A stretch of 32,000 nt of DNA from a bacterium. Lineage in GTDB: Bacteria; UBP7; UBA6624. Position numbers and translations under genes: made by a program. The notes beneath the pieces were generated by a model. It ran no database searches. It had not been told where the DNA came from and saw only the letters and a program-made list of their open reading frames with translations. The DNA lies in NCBI GenBank assembly GCA_002716355.1, contig PBAU01000003.1:240001-272000 (forward strand), in the 5' to 3' direction. Below, one piece after another: positions 26,765-32,000 of the stretch; position 1 is the stretch's first letter; the number at the start of each line of letters is the position of its first letter.

Positions 26765-28351
26765 ATGAAAAAAAACATTTCAAACATTCCTAATCTTCCT
26801 GGAATTTATAAATTCATATCTAATAAAAATGAAATCTTATACATAGGAAAAGCAAAAAACCTTAAAAAAAGAATCAAAAATTGGATACATAAAAAAAAAG
26901 AAAGCAAAAAAGAAAAACTATTAGTATCATCAATCAACCAAATTGAATTCACAATTACAAAAAATGAAAACTCTGCACTGATTCTTGAATCTCAAGAGAT
27001 CAAATTGCATAAACCTAAATTCAATATTCTCCTAAAGGACGACAAAACATATCCGTATATAAGCATAGTTGATGATTCGTATCCATATTTAAAAATTTCC
27101 AGAAAAATAAATAAAAAAAATACACAGATTGGGCCTTTCTCCAACGTTAAATCAGTAAGAAAAACTATTTCATTTCTAGAGAGAAATTTTGGAATAAGAC
27201 CTTGCAGATATGATCTTGAAAAAAAATCAATAAAATCTTGTATTTACTATCAAATGCAACAGTGCCCTGCTCCATGTGAAAAAAAAATAGATAAAAAATC
27301 ATACCAAGCAACCGTTAAATCAGCAGTAAATTTTATAAATGGTAAAAAAAATAATATTTTTAAAATTCTTGAAAGACAAATGAAAGAAGCTTCAAGCCTA
27401 AAAAATTATGAATTAGCAGCACAGTTTAGAGACAGAATTATTAATTTAAAATCAGTTGTAAAAGCAAGAAGAGACAGCCTTGGAACAAATATAAATTCTG
27501 ATTTGATTTCATTAATCGAAAATGATTCAAGCATTTTATTTAGCATACTTAAAATTAGAAATGGAAGAGTGTTTGACCCCTTAAAATATACAGTTAAAAA
27601 TCCAATATCAAAAAGCTATGAAAACGTTTTCATCGAAGTGATAGAACAATATTATTCACAAAACAATATTCCAAAAAAAATAATTATCGGAATGGATTCA
27701 AAAAATATTCAAACTTTGAAAAAGATATCTATATTTTCAAAAACAAAGATTAGAGTTCCTTTTTTCAAATGGGAAAAAGAAAAAATGAATGAACTTTACA
27801 AAAATACACTAATCAAAAAAAACCGATCAAATAAAAATAACAAAAAATCACTAAATGAGCTGGCTGAGAAAATAAATATTGGATACCCTCCAAAATATAT
27901 TGAGGGTTTTGATGTATCAAATATCATGGGGGAAAATGCAGTAGCAAGCCAAATCTGTTACAAAAACGGCAAATATGAAAGCAAATTAACAAGAAATTAC
28001 ACAATTAAATCAATCAAAAACATAGATGATCCGCGAATGATTGCTGAAGTGATATCTAGAAGATGCAAACAAATTATCAACAATGGAAAACAACCGGATT
28101 TAATACTTGTCGATGGAGGGATCACCCAACTAAAAGCAACAGTAAAAACGCTTAAAGAACATTTTTTAAATATACCTGTAGTAAGTCTTGCAAAAAAATT
28201 TGAAAAAGTTTATTCAGGAGACACGCTAAAGGAAGTAAAAATCAAAAAAAACTCATCGGCTCACAACCTGTTAATCCAAATAAGAAATGATGCTCATAGG
28301 GTTGCTTTACGACATCATAAAAAATTAAGAAAAAAGAATACTTTTATTTAA
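26765..28351 (+). CDS. uvrC: excinuclease ABC subunit C, lacking the C-terminal (HhH)2 domain
   Basis: GIY-YIG domain (PGIYKF...ILYIGKAKNLKKR), Cys-rich region (CRYD...CIYYQMQQCPAPC), UVR domain (LKNYELAAQFRDRIINL), and endonuclease domain (IEGFDVSNIMGE, LILVDGGITQL, IRNDAHRVALRHHKKLR). The ORF stops about 8 aa after the last of these. Confidence 0.9.
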   Translation: MKKNISNIPNLPGIYKFISNKNEILYIGKAKNLKKRIKNWIHKKKESKKEKLLVSSINQIEFTITKNENSALILESQEIKLHKPKFNILLKDDKTYPYISIVDDSYPYLKISRKINKKNTQIGPFSNVKSVRKTISFLERNFGIRPCRYDLEKKSIKSCIYYQMQQCPAPCEKKIDKKSYQATVKSAVNFINGKKNNIFKILERQMKEASSLKNYELAAQFRDRIINLKSVVKARRDSLGTNINSDLISLIENDSSILFSILKIRNGRVFDPLKYTVKNPISKSYENVFIEVIEQYYSQNNIPKKIIIGMDSKNIQTLKKISIFSKTKIRVPFFKWEKEKMNELYKNTLIKKNRSNKNNKKSLNELAEKINIGYPPKYIEGFDVSNIMGENAVASQICYKNGKYESKLTRNYTIKSIKNIDDPRMIAEVISRRCKQIINNGKQPDLILVDGGITQLKATVKTLKEHFLNIPVVSLAKKFEKVYSGDTLKEVKIKKNSSAHNLLIQIRNDAHRVALRHHKKLRKKNTFI

Positions 28352-29456
28352 TTTTAAAAACAAGACCACACTTTTCAAGCCTTCTCAATATATCTTTTGA
28401 AGGAAGGTCAACTTCATGCTTCAACACACCTGATTTCAACTTGCCCTGCATTGCTAACCTTGCTATCTCCGCAGCAGGAAAGCCAGTGGTTCTTTCCATG
28501 GATGTTAAACCTGTTTCTGAGTCATTCTCATCTATCAACAAAATTTCCATTTTTGATTCATTTCCGCTTACTTTAACAAGAAGAATAACCATATCTTCTT
28601 TTGAAGTTGGAATCCTTTCTCCAAGTTTTTCTTCTGCAAAAAATAAAGCATCTTCTTGCCAGTTTGTTTCAAAAAAACCTTCTTCTTTCCATTTGAACAT
28701 CAAATCCCAATGACCAGGCCACCTTAATGTTTTATATTTGTAACTATTTAAAACACCCTGAAAAGTATCTGCCGAAGTGCTTATTCCACCTCTTGTAAGT
28801 GATGCCTCGAGCTTGCCTATCTCATCTATTTCAACTTTCTCTTTTCCGTCCAAGCATTCCCTGACCCTTAATTCACCTTCCTCAAGAATGGTCTCATATC
28901 CAGAATACTCATTAAGAAGTCCTTCAGCAGCAAAAAAAAGATAATGTTTAAATTTATTTTTTAATGGCTTTTTCGGCAAACCTCCACAAAAAATACTTAC
29001 ATCTTGTGCATGCTTTAATCTAGACAAACCGTAAGAAGCAAGGAGTTGCCCTAGCCCAGGTGCTAATCCACAATCAGGAATTACAGCGACACCCTTATCT
29101 AATGCTTCCTGGTTCATGTCATGCTGCAATGCAACAATATCAGGATTCCCTCCAAGATCGACATAGTGCATTTTGTTTGATATTGCATACTTTGTTAATT
29201 TTTGAGAAAACATATATGAAGCTGAATTAACTATAGCATCAGGTTTATACATTAAAACCCAATCCCCTGGACTAGATGCATCTAATGTTTGAAACTGTAT
29301 ACTCGCACTTTCAGGCAGGTATCTATTAGAGAAATTAATAAAATCAGAAATTTTTTCTGAATCATTATCTGCAATAATTATTTCATGATCGAAAGACAGG
29401 TTATAAGCAATTGCCCTTCCCTGCCTTCCTGCTCCCAATATCAAAACTCTTGCCAT
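28344..29456 (-). CDS. saccharopine dehydrogenase-family NAD(P)-dependent oxidoreductase
   Basis: N-terminal Rossmann motif ARVLILGAGRQGRAIAYNL. Length and C-terminal region (GGLPKKP...YKTLRWPGH) resemble Sacchrp_dh_NADP plus Sacchrp_dh_C proteins. The substrate cannot be called. Convergent with uvrC, overlapping it by 8 nt. Confidence 0.6.
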   Translation of the reverse strand: MARVLILGAGRQGRAIAYNLSFDHEIIIADNDSEKISDFINFSNRYLPESASIQFQTLDASSPGDWVLMYKPDAIVNSASYMFSQKLTKYAISNKMHYVDLGGNPDIVALQHDMNQEALDKGVAVIPDCGLAPGLGQLLASYGLSRLKHAQDVSIFCGGLPKKPLKNKFKHYLFFAAEGLLNEYSGYETILEEGELRVRECLDGKEKVEIDEIGKLEASLTRGGISTSADTFQGVLNSYKYKTLRWPGHWDLMFKWKEEGFFETNWQEDALFFAEEKLGERIPTSKEDMVILLVKVSGNESKMEILLIDENDSETGLTSMERTTGFPAAEIARLAMQGKLKSGVLKHEVDLPSKDILRRLEKCGLVFKIK

Positions 29457-29535
29457 CTAGACAAATCATACCAACCAGTAATAGAGATTAGGTTTTAGAA
29501 TTGAATTAAAATCAAATAGAACAGGAGTAAAAAAA

Positions 29536-30606
29536 ATGTCTTTAATTTCTTTGTTAATGCTGACAAATCCAAAATGGGGAAATTTTATTATTTACCCATT
29601 TGCAGGATGGTTCATAGGTGTAATACTGCTAGGTCTTTTTCATAAAAAATTAGTATCTTACCTCAGTAAAAAAGGTAAAAAAGAAGCTGAAAAAACTGTA
29701 CATGCTATAGAAAAACCCTTATCCTCATTAATCATCATTCTTGCAACAGAAAAAGGCTGGAGTGACCAACAAGATTCATTACAGCTCACTGAATTCGCTG
29801 AAACAGTAGACAAGATATTCTTTATACTTATAGCAATAGCCGTTGCCAGCTCAACAAAACATATCGTTGATTTCATTTTTGCATCCGTTCTTGAGCCTAT
29901 TGCTGAGAAGAGTAAAGGAAAAATTGACGATCAAATTATTGCAGTTTTAAAAAATTCTTCTGGTGGATTAGTTTGGATAGTAGCGATTGTTGTCATCATC
30001 AGTGGTCTTGGCTATGATGTTATGGGTCTTGTTGCTGGGCTTGGTATAGGAGGTCTTGCATTTGCACTTGCAGCAAAAGACACGCTTTCTCAAGCTTTTG
30101 GAGGCATAGTCTTGTTCATGGATAGACCTTTCGAAGTTGGAGATTCAGTTGAGATAGATGGAGTTAGAGGGGATGTTGAAGAAATAGGATTAAGGTCAAC
30201 TAAACTAAGAGGCTTAGATAAAACTGCAATAATAATACCAAATGCAACAGTCTCATCTGCAACAATAACCAATAGAAGCAGAAGGTCAGGATTTAGACAA
30301 GAGGTTGTCTTGGGTCTTGTTTACAACACATCATTTGAGCTTATAGACAAAGCAAAGCAAACACTTGAAACGATAATAAAAAAACACCCTGAAACACAAG
30401 ATAAGTGCTGGGTTAATCTTTTAGAGTTTGGTGACTCTTCACTAAACCTTGAAGTTGTTTACTGGATTAGAAAAAAATCGGGAGGTGATTTAAGAAAAGT
30501 TAGGCATGAAGTAAACATGACAATACTTAAAGAATTTAATAATCTAAATCTTGAATTCGCCTTCCCAACAACAACAATTGACTGGAACCCTCCAAAAAAA
30601 CCTTAA
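29536..30606 (+). CDS. mechanosensitive ion channel (MscS family)
   Basis: N-terminal TM helices, then the MscS core GLGIGGLAFALAAKDTLSQAFGGIVLFMDRPFEVGDSVEIDGVRGDVEEIGLRSTKLR...IIIPNATV. Confidence 0.85.
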   Translation: MSLISLLMLTNPKWGNFIIYPFAGWFIGVILLGLFHKKLVSYLSKKGKKEAEKTVHAIEKPLSSLIIILATEKGWSDQQDSLQLTEFAETVDKIFFILIAIAVASSTKHIVDFIFASVLEPIAEKSKGKIDDQIIAVLKNSSGGLVWIVAIVVIISGLGYDVMGLVAGLGIGGLAFALAAKDTLSQAFGGIVLFMDRPFEVGDSVEIDGVRGDVEEIGLRSTKLRGLDKTAIIIPNATVSSATITNRSRRSGFRQEVVLGLVYNTSFELIDKAKQTLETIIKKHPETQDKCWVNLLEFGDSSLNLEVVYWIRKKSGGDLRKVRHEVNMTILKEFNNLNLEFAFPTTTIDWNPPKKP

Positions 30607-31256
30607 TGAAATTATTTTTTGGATTATATTTTTTGCTTTTTACAATAGCCCCAAAAGAAGAGTCCTCTCTGGTGTTAAAGCCTTTAATAGAAGCTTATAT
30701 TGAGTTTGAAGGCAAACCTCCAGTGAACTGTGAGGAGCTTAGGAAATCTCCTGCCTTTTTTATTACATTGAAAAATAACACAGGTCAAACCCTTGGTTGC
30801 AAAAATTTAAAGTCAAAACCAATCGAAGGCGCTGGGGTTTCAAAATGGGGAATATTTAAAAGCAACAAAACAAAAACAATTAGTTATTTCTCAGAAAAAG
30901 AAAAACTTTTCGAAAAGCCAGAAAGACAACAATGGGAAAAAATTCCATTGGGTCAATCTTTTGCTAGATTTTTAGGAAAGATAGAAAAAATATGGAGATT
31001 TGAAAAAAATAAAAACAACGCTAGGCTCCAGGATCTAAAATCATTTGGAGGAAATTTGTTAAGCAAGTCGATCCCCCATGGCATCTGGGACAATGGAACA
31101 TTAGGAGAAAGCTCAATAGAGGGAACTATAGAAGATGCGATATCTAGATTTGATAAAAACTTACCAGGCTGGATAATAGATATTAAAAATAATTGGGTTT
31201 ATGAAGTGAAAATCACCGATGAAAAAACAGAGATTTCATTTTTTTCCCTAGATTGA
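30606..31256 (+). CDS. hypothetical secreted protein
   Basis: TAATG overlap with the MscS gene. Hydrophobic N-terminus MKLFFGLYFLLFTIAP. No recognisable motif otherwise. Confidence 0.4.
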   Translation: MKLFFGLYFLLFTIAPKEESSLVLKPLIEAYIEFEGKPPVNCEELRKSPAFFITLKNNTGQTLGCKNLKSKPIEGAGVSKWGIFKSNKTKTISYFSEKEKLFEKPERQQWEKIPLGQSFARFLGKIEKIWRFEKNKNNARLQDLKSFGGNLLSKSIPHGIWDNGTLGESSIEGTIEDAISRFDKNLPGWIIDIKNNWVYEVKITDEKTEISFFSLD

Positions 31257-31259
31257 AAA

Positions 31260-32000
31260 ATGCTTAAAAAAGAAATCAAAAAACATATACCTGAAAAAAT
31301 ATTTGAACTTGATGATGTTTGGGTTGTTGGTGGTGCAATAAGGGAAGCTATATCAGATAAAAAAAATGTCATAACAGAAATTGATATAGCCTCAAGGCTA
31401 AAAAATAAAGAAAAACTAGAAAAAATATTTCGAAAAAAATATGGCAACTTTTACAAAATTAATAAAAAATTAAAAACTATAAGGTTTCAAAACAATGAAA
31501 TTAATATTGATATTACTTATTTTGACCAATCAATAAAAGATGACCTGTTAAGAAGGGATTTCAAGATGAATGCAATTGCATGGAATAGTAAAAAAGGTTT
31601 TTATGATCCCTTAAACGGATTGAATGATATAAAAAATAAAAAAATTTCAAGCTGCACACCTAGCTCAATAAAAGATGATCCGATTCGAATCCTTAGATCC
31701 TTAAGATTTGCAACAAAAAACAATTTTTCGTTAAGTGTTAGCTTGCAAAATGAAATAAAAAAATATAAATATTTATTAAAAAAATGCGCTGGGGAAAGAA
31801 TCCATCATGAAATAAAAAAAGGATTTGAGTTAAACCCTCATAGATTTGCAGAGCTGATAATAAAAACAAATATTTTAGAAATCATCTTCGAAGAATGGCA
31901 ATACACAAAAAACTGCAAAGCTAATCAAGATTCAAAAATGACTGTTGAAGAGCATTCACTAAAAACTTTAAAAAAATTTCAAGAAGTTGTACTTAATTTA
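31260..32000 (+). CDS. tRNA nucleotidyltransferase / poly(A) polymerase family protein (CCA-adding type), 5' part running off the window
   Basis: Not in the ORF track because there is no stop inside the window. My translation from the ATG at 31260 stays open to nt 32000. It contains VVGGAIREA...EIDIAS, RRDFKMNAIAW, YDPLNGLNDIKNKKI and DDPIRILRSLRFA, the class II nucleotidyltransferase head-domain motifs. Confidence 0.8.
   Translation, partial: MLKKEIKKHIPEKIFELDDVWVVGGAIREAISDKKNVITEIDIASRLKNKEKLEKIFRKKYGNFYKINKKLKTIRFQNNEINIDITYFDQSIKDDLLRRDFKMNAIAWNSKKGFYDPLNGLNDIKNKKISSCTPSSIKDDPIRILRSLRFATKNNFSLSVSLQNEIKKYKYLLKKCAGERIHHEIKKGFELNPHRFAELIIKTNILEIIFEEWQYTKNCKANQDSKMTVEEHSLKTLKKFQEVVLNL

Noticed and set aside
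23947-28351. uvrA-uvrC adjacency without uvrB, as a possible unusual repair module.
   Set aside because: uvr genes are frequently dispersed in bacterial genomes, and uvrB is probably elsewhere. Adjacency alone is not evidence of a new system. The UvrC truncation is reported separately.
1-32000. Alternative genetic code (for example UGA recoding), as seen in some low-GC uncultured lineages.
   Set aside because: TGA terminates several well-delimited genes at the expected protein ends (uppP, ftsK, uvrA, mdh, rsmH). Conserved proteins show no in-frame TGA, so the code is standard.
1-32000. Search for CRISPR arrays, IS elements, integrases, prophage or defence islands, and tRNA/rRNA genes.
   Set aside because: No spaced direct repeats were seen by eye, no transposase-, integrase- or nuclease-NTPase-like ORFs, and no G/C-rich structured intergenic segment long enough for a tRNA. 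Apart from the 150-bp (4041-4190) and 129-bp (8571-8699) A/T-rich spacers, every intergenic gap is under 80 bp.

Overview
Low-GC (roughly one-third GC by eye), very gene-dense bacterial chromosome segment using the standard genetic code. It looks like core housekeeping DNA. I found no rRNA, tRNA, CRISPR array, transposase, integrase or recognisable defence gene. Layout: (i) 1-4040 (+): the tail of a surface protein, an SLH/coiled-coil envelope tether, a GalE-like epimerase, malate dehydrogenase and an MBL-fold hydrolase. (ii) 4191-6284 (+): type III glutamine synthetase behind a 150-bp extremely AT-rich leader. (iii) 6303-8570 (-): an lpxK / PPC(DUF296) / rsmH operon, transcribed divergently from (iv). 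(iv) 8700-28351 (+): a roughly 19.6-kb co-directional array that is largely translationally coupled: mraZ, two tiny membrane ORFs, murE, murF, mraY, murD, murC, murB, a divergent FtsZ-like gene, yggS, uppP, ftsK, lgt, two lipoproteins, uvrA, uvrC. (v) A saccharopine-dehydrogenase-family gene (-), an MscS-family channel, an orphan secreted protein and the 5' part of a CCA-adding/poly(A) polymerase family gene. The most unusual content is the division/cell-wall (dcw) cluster. It keeps the canonical gene order but lacks ftsL, ftsI, ftsW, murG, ddl, ftsQ and ftsA. rsmH is displaced to the opposite strand. Two micro-ORFs of 37 and 34 aa sit in the ftsL/ftsI slot. The ftsZ slot holds a short FtsZ homolog with degenerate GTP-binding motifs and no C-terminal tail. 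All homology calls come from motif recognition by eye, with no searches run. I cannot say whether the missing genes lie elsewhere in the genome, and I see no clear-cut novel multi-gene system beyond this atypical division cluster.
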